A DNA stretch of 62,086 nt, from positions 1-62,086 of the forward strand of contig CAYLZS010000129.1 of NCBI GenBank assembly GCA_964388065.1, in the 5' to 3' direction. Below are positions 10,238 through 19,533 of the stretch, in pieces. The notes below the pieces were generated by a model. It was given only the letters and a program-made list of their open reading frames with translations, did no database searches and had not been told where the DNA came from. Position numbers and translations under genes: made by a program. Within the stretch, counting starts at the first letter, position 1. The number at the start of each line of letters is the position of its first letter. Origin of the DNA: an uncultured Granulosicoccaceae bacterium. GTDB taxonomy: Bacteria; Pseudomonadota; Gammaproteobacteria; Granulosicoccales; Granulosicoccaceae.

Positions 10238-11809
10238 ATGAGAAAGAGTTTACTTGCTGTTGCAACGTTAGCACTGACCGCATTGGCAACCACCACAGTA
10301 CCAGCAGCGGACGAACCGAAACAGGGTGGCACGCTGGTGATGGCAATCCAGACTACACCCAGACACCTGAACCCGGCTGTCCAGTCAGGCACTGCAACCG
10401 GTGTACCCGGAACACAACTTTTCGCATCATTGCTGCGCTATGACGATGGATGGGAGCCACAGCCATATCTGGCCAAGTCGTGGGATATTTCAGAAGATGG
10501 GTTAACCGTTACCATCAACCTTGTCGACAACGCCACCTTCCATGACGGCAAACCAATTACCTCTGAAGATGTGGCATTTTCTATTGATACAGTAAAAGCG
10601 AATCATCCTTTTAAATCGATGTTTGCACCCGTTACCGAAGTAGAAACACCTGACGCTACCACCGCGGTAATCAAACTTTCTGAACCACACCCGGCACTGA
10701 TGCTGGCTATGTCATCACAGCTGCTGGCCATTATTCCAAAGCACGTCTATGGCGACGGCCAGGATCCAAAGGACCACCCGCAGAACTCTGAAAACGTCGT
10801 TGGTTCAGGACCATTCAAACTGGTCGAGTTCAAACGCGATCAGCACATTATCCTGGAGCGCTATGACGACTACTTCATGGACGGTCGCCCGTATCTTGAC
10901 AAAATCGTTATGCGTATCATTAAGGATGCAGCGGCAAGAACCATTGCTCTGGAATCTGGTGAACTGATGTTGTCCGGCTTTGAACAGGAGCCGCGTGACA
11001 TCAATCGCATGAAAAAGAAAGATACGCTTGATGTATCCAACGCAGGTTATGCGGCAATTGGCCCGGTCAACTGGCTGGCCTTTAATACCCAGGGTAACCA
11101 AACTTCAGATCCGGCTGTTCGCAAGGCAATTGCCTATGCAGTGGATAGAAACTTCCTGATCAAAGCCATTATGCTCGGTGCAACCGAACCTGCATTGACA
11201 GGTATCCACCCGGGCAGCCCGTTTTATGATTCGTCTGTAGAACCTTACGACCTTGATCTGGATAAAGCCAATCAGCTACTCGATGATGCAGGCTACGCCA
11301 AAGGCGATGACGGTATGCGCTTCGCGCTGAATGTTGATTTCGGCTGGGCCGCAGGCAAACCCATTGCAGAGTACTTAAAGCCACAGCTTAAAAAGATTGG
11401 TATCGATATTACCGTCAGAGCTTCTGCGGACTTCCCTACCTGGGCCAAACGGGTGTCGAATCACGAATTTGACATAACTTTTGATAACGTTTTTAACTGG
11501 GGTGATCCGGTCATTGGCGTTCACCGAACCTACAGCAGTGAAAATATCAAGAAGGGAGTTATCTGGTCTAACACACAGCAATATTCTAACGAACGTATAG
11601 ATGAGCTGATGGCATTGGCAGGTGCTACCAACGATGCAGCAGAGCGCAAAGAGTATTATTCGGAGTTTCAGCAAATACTGGCAGATGAACTCCCTCTGTA
11701 TCCGTTATTTCCATCGCCGTACCACACGATATCCAACAAATCTGTAGTCAATGCTCCCAACTCGGTTTGGGGTGCTTCTCACCCGCTGGATAAGGTCTAT
11801 CTAAAATAA
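10238..11809 (+). CDS. ABC substrate-binding protein, family 5 (peptide/nickel type), Sec signal
   Basis: 523 aa. Signal MRKSLLAVATLALTALATTTVPA|AD. GGTLVMAIQTTPRHLNP is a typical SBP_bac_5 start. Confidence 0.85.
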   Translation: MRKSLLAVATLALTALATTTVPAADEPKQGGTLVMAIQTTPRHLNPAVQSGTATGVPGTQLFASLLRYDDGWEPQPYLAKSWDISEDGLTVTINLVDNATFHDGKPITSEDVAFSIDTVKANHPFKSMFAPVTEVETPDATTAVIKLSEPHPALMLAMSSQLLAIIPKHVYGDGQDPKDHPQNSENVVGSGPFKLVEFKRDQHIILERYDDYFMDGRPYLDKIVMRIIKDAAARTIALESGELMLSGFEQEPRDINRMKKKDTLDVSNAGYAAIGPVNWLAFNTQGNQTSDPAVRKAIAYAVDRNFLIKAIMLGATEPALTGIHPGSPFYDSSVEPYDLDLDKANQLLDDAGYAKGDDGMRFALNVDFGWAAGKPIAEYLKPQLKKIGIDITVRASADFPTWAKRVSNHEFDITFDNVFNWGDPVIGVHRTYSSENIKKGVIWSNTQQYSNERIDELMALAGATNDAAERKEYYSEFQQILADELPLYPLFPSPYHTISNKSVVNAPNSVWGASHPLDKVYLK

Positions 11810-11843
11810 CTAATCAACAATATTAACACTGTTGAACATAGTG

Positions 11844-11868
11844 GCTGTTTCCCGCAACGGGAAACAGC
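11844..11868 (+). terminator. Hairpin between the SBP and permease genes (possible attenuating terminator)
   Basis: GCTGTTTCCCG-CAA-CGGGAAACAGC is an 11-bp perfect stem. It is followed only by TTCTTC, a weak U-tract. Confidence 0.35.
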
Positions 11869-11886
11869 TTCTTCACACCTTCCGCC

Positions 11887-12861
11887 ATGAGTTTCTCGCA
11901 AACAATTGCCAAGCGAATCGCTTACGGTTTGTTGCTGCTTATCGGGGTGCTGGTACTGAACTTCACCCTGATAACCATTGCACCCGGAGATGTTGCTGAT
12001 TCGATTGCCGGTGACATGGGTGGTGCAGATGCCTCGGTTATTGAAGAAATCAGACAACGCTATGGATTGAACGAGCCATTTCATGTGCAGCTCTGGCGCT
12101 ATGTATCAGGTGTGGCACGTCTGGACCTTGGCTACTCGTATTTTTATAACACACCAGTTACCAAACTTATTATCGAAAAACTTCCGGCAACTCTGCTGCT
12201 GGTCTTCTCATCTCAAATTCTGGCCATTGTGCTCGGTACATTACTTGGCGTGCTGGCTGCCAAAAAGCCAAACGGTATTGTCAGTCTGCTGGTGACGTTT
12301 TTGTCTCTCTTCGGCTTTGCAGCACCGGTGTTCTGGAGTGGCATTCTGCTGATCATTTTATTTGTTTCTATTTTTCCACTGTTTCCTGTCGGAGGTATGA
12401 CTGATGTCACCGTGGAAGGTGGGATTTTTGTGCAGCTACTGGACCTGTTACACCATTTGTTTTTACCGATGATCACACTGGCGTCGATCTATCTTGCCTT
12501 GTACAGTCGCCTTGCTCGCGCTTCGATGCTTGAAGTACTCGGCACAGACTATATACGCACAGCGCGTGCTAAAGGACTCCCGCAACGTATGGTGCTGTAC
12601 AAGCACGCGTTAAAGAATGCCCTCGGACCACTTGTGACAGTGGCAGGTTTGCAGTTTTCGGCGGTCATGTCGGGCGCTGTGGTTGTAGAGACCGTATTCA
12701 GCTGGCCCGGCCTGGGTACACTGGCGCTGCAATCCATTCTGGCCAGAGATACACCGACCATTATGGGCATATTGTTCTTTTCATCATTTGTGGTGATTGT
12801 GGTTAACATTCTTACCGATGTGACGTTGCGACTGATCGATCCGCGCATTAAAGCCGACTGA
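11887..12861 (+). CDS. ABC transporter permease, DppB/OppB-like
   Basis: 324 aa. IAKRIAYGLLLLIGVLVLNFTLI and YIRTARAKGL motifs. Confidence 0.85.
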   Translation: MSFSQTIAKRIAYGLLLLIGVLVLNFTLITIAPGDVADSIAGDMGGADASVIEEIRQRYGLNEPFHVQLWRYVSGVARLDLGYSYFYNTPVTKLIIEKLPATLLLVFSSQILAIVLGTLLGVLAAKKPNGIVSLLVTFLSLFGFAAPVFWSGILLIILFVSIFPLFPVGGMTDVTVEGGIFVQLLDLLHHLFLPMITLASIYLALYSRLARASMLEVLGTDYIRTARAKGLPQRMVLYKHALKNALGPLVTVAGLQFSAVMSGAVVVETVFSWPGLGTLALQSILARDTPTIMGILFFSSFVVIVVNILTDVTLRLIDPRIKAD

Positions 12862-12862
12862 T

Positions 12863-13750
12863 ATGACCGATCTGACTCATAACGACGCCGCGCAGCAGAA
12901 GATCAAGGTCTCACACCCGCTGACCGAAATGATCGCGATGTTCTTCAGCAACTATGCAGCCGTTGCCGGATTAATACTGCTTATCGCAATCATACTTTTT
13001 GTTTTTGTGGGTCCATACTTTCACCCTGTGGATCCATTCGAAATGGTCTGGGCACCATTCTCGAGACCGATGGAAGAAGGATTTGCACTGGGTACTGATT
13101 ACCTGGGGCGTGACATGCTTTCGGCGATGATGGTTGGCGGTCAGGTCTCTATGGCCATTGGTTTGTCTGCAGCATTAATTTCGCTGTTGATTGGTGTTAC
13201 TGTCGGTGCTTTTGCGGGCTACTATGGCGGTGTAGTCGAAGAAATACTCATGCGATTTACCGAGTTCTTCCAGGTGTTGCCGACACTGCTTTTTTCGATG
13301 GTAATCGTTGCATTATTTGGTGCATCTCTGCTAACCGTGACTCTGGCCATTGGTGTTGTCAGCTGGACCGCCGTGGCACGCGTCACCCGATCAGAATTTT
13401 TACGTATCCGTGAGCTGGAGTATGTTGCCGCCGCACGCTCTGGCAGCGCCAGCGATAAATATCTTATATTTCGGGTTATCCTGCCTAACGCATTACCGCC
13501 TATCATTGTGCAGGCTAATCTGATGGTAGGCTCGGCAATTTTATTCGAGGCAGCACTAAGCTTCCTTGGCTTGAGTGATCCCAATGTAATGAGCTGGGGA
13601 CAGGTGATTGGCTCAAACCGTCCTTACATTCTGGATTCAGGTTTCACTGTAGCCATACCAGGCTTCGCAATATTTCTGACCGTACTCGCTATCTCGTTAA
13701 TTGGTGACGGGCTTAACGACGCACTTAACCCAAAGCTCAGGCAACGCTAA
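12863..13750 (+). CDS. ABC transporter permease, DppC/OppC-like
   Basis: 295 aa. LGTDYLGRDMLS and EYVAAARSGSAS motifs. Starts 1 nt after the stop of the previous gene. Confidence 0.85.
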   Translation: MTDLTHNDAAQQKIKVSHPLTEMIAMFFSNYAAVAGLILLIAIILFVFVGPYFHPVDPFEMVWAPFSRPMEEGFALGTDYLGRDMLSAMMVGGQVSMAIGLSAALISLLIGVTVGAFAGYYGGVVEEILMRFTEFFQVLPTLLFSMVIVALFGASLLTVTLAIGVVSWTAVARVTRSEFLRIRELEYVAAARSGSASDKYLIFRVILPNALPPIIVQANLMVGSAILFEAALSFLGLSDPNVMSWGQVIGSNRPYILDSGFTVAIPGFAIFLTVLAISLIGDGLNDALNPKLRQR

Positions 13751-13751
13751 A

Positions 13752-14777
13752 GTGACCGGGCAGGCAACAGACAATCTCTCACCGAGCACGCAGCCTTTGC
13801 TAAGCGTTAAAGATCTGGTGGTTGACTTTAAAACCCGCGCAGGTAACGCACGGGTGCTTGATCATGTTTCTCTGGATATAGCACCCGGCAAAATACTCGG
13901 TATTGTCGGTGAATCCGGCTGCGGCAAATCCATGACAGCACTGTCCATCATGGGGCTTGTTCCCAACCCACCCGGTAAAATCACCTCGGGCACGATACAA
14001 CTCAACGGGCAAGACCTTGCCACACTGGATGAAGACACACTATGCGATATTCGCGGCAGCGAAATTGGCATGATCTTCCAGGAGCCCATGACATCTTTAA
14101 ATCCGGTATTCACCGTTGGCGAGCAGATTGCCGAGAGCGTTCGCGTACATGAAAACGCCAGCAAGGAAGCGGCAATGGCTCGCGCAGTTGAAATGCTTAA
14201 AGCCGTTGATATACCGGAGCCTGCAATTCGTGCACGTGCCTACCCGCACCAATTGTCTGGTGGAATGCGGCAGCGCGTTATGATTGCGATGGCACTTGCC
14301 TGTCGACCCAAACTGTTAATTGCAGATGAACCTACCACCGCACTGGATGCAACTGTACAGGCACAAATCTTTGACCTGCTACAAGATCTGCAATCGGAAA
14401 CCGGCACCGCAATCATGTTAATCACCCATGACATGGGTGCGATTGCAGAACTGGCAGATGATGTTGCTGTGATGTATGCAGGCAGAATTGTTGAACTGGG
14501 CAGCGTCAGTGAAGTGTTGACTAACCCCCAACACCCTTATACACAGGGTCTAATCACGTGCGTACCACATCTGCTGCCTGACCCACCGCTGCAGCGCGAG
14601 GCACTGCGTGAGATTCCGGGTATGGTGCCTGCCCTGACAGATCTCGGGTCAGGGTGTGCATTCGCACCACGGTGTGACAAATCGTTTGCACCATGCCTAA
14701 GCCAAAAGCCGGAACTGCTTAACACATCAAATAATCAGATGAGCGCTTGCTGGGTGACACAGGAAACCTCCGGGTGA
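13752..14777 (+). CDS. ABC transporter ATP-binding protein, DppD/OppD-like
   Basis: Walker A GESGCGKS and signature LSGGMRQR. The start is placed at an in-frame GTG directly after the permease stop; the track ORF begins at 13701 inside the permease gene. Confidence 0.85.
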   Translation: MTGQATDNLSPSTQPLLSVKDLVVDFKTRAGNARVLDHVSLDIAPGKILGIVGESGCGKSMTALSIMGLVPNPPGKITSGTIQLNGQDLATLDEDTLCDIRGSEIGMIFQEPMTSLNPVFTVGEQIAESVRVHENASKEAAMARAVEMLKAVDIPEPAIRARAYPHQLSGGMRQRVMIAMALACRPKLLIADEPTTALDATVQAQIFDLLQDLQSETGTAIMLITHDMGAIAELADDVAVMYAGRIVELGSVSEVLTNPQHPYTQGLITCVPHLLPDPPLQREALREIPGMVPALTDLGSGCAFAPRCDKSFAPCLSQKPELLNTSNNQMSACWVTQETSG

Positions 14778-15748
14778 GTACAAAGAAAGATCTGGTGGTT
14801 AGCAACCTGAAAGTGCACTTCGATGGCGGCAGGTCGATGCTATCCGGCAGGAAGCCAACCGTTCATGCAGTAGACGGTGTGTCATTCACCATACCGGCCG
14901 GTAAAACATTTGGCGTTGTCGGTGAAAGTGGTTCTGGAAAAACTACCACAGCACTTGCCATTATGCGGCTTGTCGATATTACCGATGGAGTGGTAACCCT
15001 CGGTGATACAGAGATCAGCTCACTAAATAAAAATGATCTGCGTGAAGCACGAAGCCAGTTTCAAATTATATTTCAGGATCCTTACTCGTCACTGGATCCA
15101 CGAAAAAGAGCTGGTGAAATCGTTCGGCAGCCACTGGACTTAATGTCCATTGGAACACCTGCAGAACGCGAAACAGCAGTATCAGAACTATTTACCCAGG
15201 TGGGCCTGAGACCAGAGCAGCAGCATTTGTTCCCGCATCAATTCTCAGGTGGTCAGCGACAGAGAATCGGTTTGGCACGTGCATTGTCAACAAGGCCCAG
15301 CCTGATCGTTTGCGATGAACCTGTATCAGCACTCGATGTGGCAATACAGGCTCAAATATTAAATCTGATGTCACGCCTGCAACAGGAGCTTGGTTTAACC
15401 TATCTGTTTATATCGCACGATCTGGGTGTTGTGCAGCATATTTGTGATGAAATTGCGGTGATGTATCTCGGTCAGATTGTAGAACAGGCAGACCGTGTTA
15501 CCCTGTTTAAAAACCCGCGTCATCCCTACACAAAAGCCCTGCTTGAAGCGGTACCGTCCGTTCATGGTAACAAGCGCGATCGTCGCCAGCGCATGCGTTT
15601 ACCGGGGGATCCGCCCAGCCCAATCAACTTACCTGTAGCCTGCAGATTCGCATCGCGATGTCCGCGAGCCGAGGCGCGCTGTCACTCCGAAGTGCCATTG
15701 CTTGAAGAAAAGGAATCAGGCCACAAGGTGGCTTGTTTTTTCGGCTAG
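14774..15748 (+). CDS. ABC transporter ATP-binding protein, DppF/OppF-like
   Basis: Walker A GESGSGKT and signature FSGGQRQR. The in-frame GTG at 14774 overlaps the preceding TGA (GTGA). The track ORF begins at 14747. Confidence 0.85.
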   Translation: MSTKKDLVVSNLKVHFDGGRSMLSGRKPTVHAVDGVSFTIPAGKTFGVVGESGSGKTTTALAIMRLVDITDGVVTLGDTEISSLNKNDLREARSQFQIIFQDPYSSLDPRKRAGEIVRQPLDLMSIGTPAERETAVSELFTQVGLRPEQQHLFPHQFSGGQRQRIGLARALSTRPSLIVCDEPVSALDVAIQAQILNLMSRLQQELGLTYLFISHDLGVVQHICDEIAVMYLGQIVEQADRVTLFKNPRHPYTKALLEAVPSVHGNKRDRRQRMRLPGDPPSPINLPVACRFASRCPRAEARCHSEVPLLEEKESGHKVACFFG

Positions 15749-15750
15749 CC

Positions 15751-16164
15751 TTAAAAACAACTCCCTGCATCTTGCATTTTAGATATCACACAAGCACCCT
15801 CTATTGCATTAGCATCAGGTGTTACAATGACCTTCAACAGGTTTTCATATTCCGGAAACAACTCACCTATGAACTTGTTTGTATCTGCGCGCGATATAGA
15901 ATCGAGGTGACCCTCGAAATTCCACAGATACTCAGCTCTAAAACCATTCTGCATTGCACTATTAATCTGAAACGCAATACCAACCGGATTCTCCCGCTGC
16001 TTCGTGAATTCACGTTTAAAGAATCGCTTGGCCAACGGGAACTCTAATCGACCAACGCCGTCGCTGCGAAATTCAGTGTATTCCTTTTCAATAACATCTA
16101 AAGCCGCCTGCAACTGAGCGGTTAACGAGAAAGCTACGGATAGCGAGACACATAAATTACTCAC
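15751..16164 (-). CDS. hypothetical protein (137 aa), last gene of the Liv-type ABC operon
   Basis: GTG start lies immediately after the TGA of the upstream ATPase (TGAGTG). Visibly more AT-rich than its neighbours. I recognise no family motif. Confidence 0.5.
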   Translation of the reverse strand: MSNLCVSLSVAFSLTAQLQAALDVIEKEYTEFRSDGVGRLEFPLAKRFFKREFTKQRENPVGIAFQINSAMQNGFRAEYLWNFEGHLDSISRADTNKFIGELFPEYENLLKVIVTPDANAIEGACVISKMQDAGSCF

Positions 16165-16860
16165 TCAAACTCCCAGGTATTTTCGCACCAGTTCCGGTTG
16201 TTCTTTTAAAACAGAAATACCAACTGTTTCAGCATCAACTCCGTGCTCCACAAACGTCACTCTGTCAGCCACTGACAGCACAGCATCTACATGCTGCTCC
16301 ACCAGAATCACTGCCATGCCTTTACTTTTCATTTCCAGAATAACATCTCGAATTAATGACGTCATTGATGGCTGTAGTCCCTCAGTGGGCTCATCCAGCA
16401 ATATGATCTGAGGCTTAGTACAAATTGCTCTGGCCATCGCAAGCATTTGCTGTTCACCACCAGAAAGTGTCTCCGCCCGCTGATTTAAGCGCTCACGCAG
16501 CCGCGGAAATAATGACAATGCATAGTCGCGGGTCTCACGCCCGGCGCCACTGGCCATTAGACCAATTTCCATATTCTGTTGTACGCTGAGCTCAGAGAAT
16601 AATCTCCTGCCCTGTGGTACATAGGCGATACCTCTGGATGGAATTTTATGCGCAGCAAGGTCACTTAACGATTCACTGTTCCAGCTAATCGAACCATTGC
16701 GCAGCGGCAAAAGACCCATAATCGATTTAAGAGTTGTTGTTTTGCCTGCACCATTGCGGCCAAGTAAACACAGTATCTCACCGCGCTCCACCGACAGCGA
16801 TAATTCAAACAGAACCTGCACCCGATCGTACGCAACGTCAATGCTTTCCACTTTAAGCAT
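16165..16860 (-). CDS. branched-chain-amino-acid-type ABC ATP-binding protein (LivF-like)
   Basis: GRNGAGKTT Walker A, LSGGEQQMLAMARA signature, 231 aa. Confidence 0.85.
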   Translation of the reverse strand: MLKVESIDVAYDRVQVLFELSLSVERGEILCLLGRNGAGKTTTLKSIMGLLPLRNGSISWNSESLSDLAAHKIPSRGIAYVPQGRRLFSELSVQQNMEIGLMASGAGRETRDYALSLFPRLRERLNQRAETLSGGEQQMLAMARAICTKPQIILLDEPTEGLQPSMTSLIRDVILEMKSKGMAVILVEQHVDAVLSVADRVTFVEHGVDAETVGISVLKEQPELVRKYLGV

Positions 16861-17582
16861 TATTGTGATCCAAGATAGGCAGTTTGCACATCAGGGTTGT
16901 TGCGAATTTCATCTGGTGTGCCTTGCGCCAGAGTCTCGCCAAAATTCAGTACGGTGATATAGTGCGCCGTCTGCATAACAACATCCATGTTATGCTCGAT
17001 CAGAAGTATGGTGGTATTTTCACTAAGCACTTTGACCAGTTCAACAAAGCCATCTACCTCTGTTGCCGTTAAGCCCTGCGTCGGTTCGTCCAGTATAAAA
17101 AGACGCGGTGATTGCGCTAAGCCCATTCCAATTTCAAGCAGCCGCTGATGACCATAGCTTAAATCTCCGGCAATCTGATCAGCGCGATCTGACAGATAAA
17201 CCTGCGCAAGCACTGACATTACTTTTTCATTTACCAGCGACGACCTGCTGCCGATTACACGCCGAGCTGCCAGTGCTACATTTTCATGTACCGATAAATT
17301 CGCGAATATAGAGGTAATCTGAAAGGTATAAGCCATACCCATAGACATGCGTTTGTGCGCAGGCATGTCAGTGACATCGGTGCCGTTGAAGTGTACCGAT
17401 CCGGTACTGCTTTTAATGCGCCCGCTAAGCATGCCGACAAAGGTTGTCTTACCAGCGCCGTTCGGGCCAATCAACGCCCTTACCTGTCCTTCGGGCAAAT
17501 CAAAATCGACGTTGTTTACTGCAGTTAAACCCGCGTAGTGCTTTGTTAAATTTCGGGTTGAAATTATACTCACGGTAGCCAC
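16860..17582 (-). CDS. branched-chain-amino-acid-type ABC ATP-binding protein (LivG-like)
   Basis: GPNGAGKTT Walker A and LSYGHQRLLEIGMGL signature. GTG start; an alternative GTG at 17573 overlaps the upstream TGA. Its stop overlaps the next ATG (TAATG). Confidence 0.85.
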   Translation of the reverse strand: MATVSIISTRNLTKHYAGLTAVNNVDFDLPEGQVRALIGPNGAGKTTFVGMLSGRIKSSTGSVHFNGTDVTDMPAHKRMSMGMAYTFQITSIFANLSVHENVALAARRVIGSRSSLVNEKVMSVLAQVYLSDRADQIAGDLSYGHQRLLEIGMGLAQSPRLFILDEPTQGLTATEVDGFVELVKVLSENTTILLIEHNMDVVMQTAHYITVLNFGETLAQGTPDEIRNNPDVQTAYLGSQ

Positions 17583-18511
17583 GCAATTTTTTTCCGCACC
17601 AGACCCATCAGCCCCTGTGGTGCATACAACGTAAGGAGAATCAATACAACACCTGCTACAAGCAAATAGGCATTGGTGAATTCACTGGAGATATCGATCA
17701 GATAAAACATGAACACTGTACCAACTAACGGCCCGATCGTAGTGCCTGCACCACCCAGCAATACATACAGCAATGGCAGAATTGAGTACTGTACAGCGGC
17801 AAAAGACGCACCCGCATAGCCAAACAACAAAGCATAAGCAGCTCCCGCTGCACCCGACAGCGTGCCAGATATAATTACAGCTATAAGCTTATGTCTCTGG
17901 ATATCATAACCAAGCATGCGCGCTCGTTCTTCATTTTCCCTGATGGCTACCAGAGTTTTGCCAAATCTTGAGTGCACCAGCCACGCAACCAGAAACAGGC
18001 AAATTGCAAATAGTGTCAATGCCATAAAATACCTGGGAATGGGTTGCGACAGATCCAGACCAAACATAATCCGCTCAGCACGCTGTATCACGAAGCCCTC
18101 ATCACCCCGTGTGTATTTGCCAAACAATAAAACCGTTAAGTAGCCGGCCTGGGCAAACATCAGTGTGACAATCATAAATGCCACACCAGCGGTGCGAAGT
18201 GCCAGAAACCCGATAACCGCCGAGACGACCAGCGCCGTTATTAGTCCGACAATAATTGCAAGCAGTGGCGATGCCTGCAAAAACTGAATAGATAAGCCCA
18301 GTCCGTACATCCCGCTTGCAAAGAAAAGCGCGTGACCAAGGCTGAGCAAGCCGGTGTAGCCAAACAATACGTTGTAGCCCATTGCAAATACAGATAACAC
18401 GAGTATGCGCGCCAGGTTGCCACTGTGATATTCCGGCAGTATAAAAAACAGTGCTGCAAGAACCGCAACAACAACACTGTGCAGAAGAATATTTCGAACG
18501 GATGAATTCAT
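17570..18511 (-). CDS. branched-chain-amino-acid-type ABC permease (LivM-like)
   Basis: 313-aa polytopic protein with GYTGLLSLGHALFFASGMY, typical of LivM. Confidence 0.85.
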   Translation of the reverse strand: MNSSVRNILLHSVVVAVLAALFFILPEYHSGNLARILVLSVFAMGYNVLFGYTGLLSLGHALFFASGMYGLGLSIQFLQASPLLAIIVGLITALVVSAVIGFLALRTAGVAFMIVTLMFAQAGYLTVLLFGKYTRGDEGFVIQRAERIMFGLDLSQPIPRYFMALTLFAICLFLVAWLVHSRFGKTLVAIRENEERARMLGYDIQRHKLIAVIISGTLSGAAGAAYALLFGYAGASFAAVQYSILPLLYVLLGGAGTTIGPLVGTVFMFYLIDISSEFTNAYLLVAGVVLILLTLYAPQGLMGLVRKKIAWLP

Positions 18512-19434
18512 TCGCGTTGCTTACCGAACAGACCATTAGGTCTGAAGATCAACACAAAAGCGACCAGTAAGGTTGCGAGAATCTTTGCAAGTGTCGGAGT
18601 AAAAAAAACCGAAATAATACCGTCACTCATTCCGATCAGCACTGCGGCGACCACGGTCCCCGGCACACTTCCCAGACCACCGATAATCACAACAATAAAT
18701 GACAGCAGCAACGGATCACCGCCCATTAAATAGTGCGCCTGTTGTATTGGTACTACCAACACTGCACCCAGTGCTGCCAGCGCTGCACCCAAACCAAACA
18801 CCAGTGCATAGACTTTGTTTACCGCAATACCGTGCGCCTGCGCCATTTCCTGATCGAGTTGTGTGGCGCGCATTATCAATCCGATTTTTGTGCGTGTCAT
18901 GATCAGATATAAAATAAACAGAATCAAAATAGCGGCAACAATAACCGCCAGCTTGTAAGTTGTGGTGCTCATACCCCACGGCCAGGTTAATGCAAATCCG
19001 GAGTCACCAAACTCAAACCACGGCAACGGAATGCGCTTGTTGAATGGCGCTTCAACGGGTCGGGCCTCAGGACCAAAGGTCATCAGTGTGGATTGCTGAA
19101 TTACATAAAGCAGTCCAATGGTCGCTACTATCGTGCGCTCCGGATCGTAGTTTATTCGACGCAGAACCAGTTGATCACATATCACCGCCAACGCACCGAC
19201 AAGCAGTGGCGCTACAATCAATGCAACGGTAAAACCGAGCGCAGGATGTCCGGCGATCAGCGATGTGATCCACCAGGCGAGGACAGCACCCAGCATATAG
19301 AACTCGCCGTGGGCGACGTTCACCACTCGCATAATGCCGAACACTATACTGAGGCCAACCGCTGTGAGTGCCAGCACAGCTGCGGTTATCGCACCTTCGA
19401 GTGATGCAACAAACAGGTGGGGACCAAAATCCAT
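18508..19434 (-). CDS. branched-chain-amino-acid-type ABC permease (LivH-like)
   Basis: 308 aa. VVNVAHGEFYMLGA is the hallmark LivH motif. 4-nt overlap with the next gene. Confidence 0.85.
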   Translation of the reverse strand: MDFGPHLFVASLEGAITAAVLALTAVGLSIVFGIMRVVNVAHGEFYMLGAVLAWWITSLIAGHPALGFTVALIVAPLLVGALAVICDQLVLRRINYDPERTIVATIGLLYVIQQSTLMTFGPEARPVEAPFNKRIPLPWFEFGDSGFALTWPWGMSTTTYKLAVIVAAILILFILYLIMTRTKIGLIMRATQLDQEMAQAHGIAVNKVYALVFGLGAALAALGAVLVVPIQQAHYLMGGDPLLLSFIVVIIGGLGSVPGTVVAAVLIGMSDGIISVFFTPTLAKILATLLVAFVLIFRPNGLFGKQRE

Positions 19435-19533
19435 TGCTGTGCGTCTAAGTTGGAGTGATGGAGGGTTTCAAAAATCAGCGCCCCGGAAAAACCAGGGCAA
19501 GCTAATTAGGGTGCAGCGATGTCTTTCTTAAGA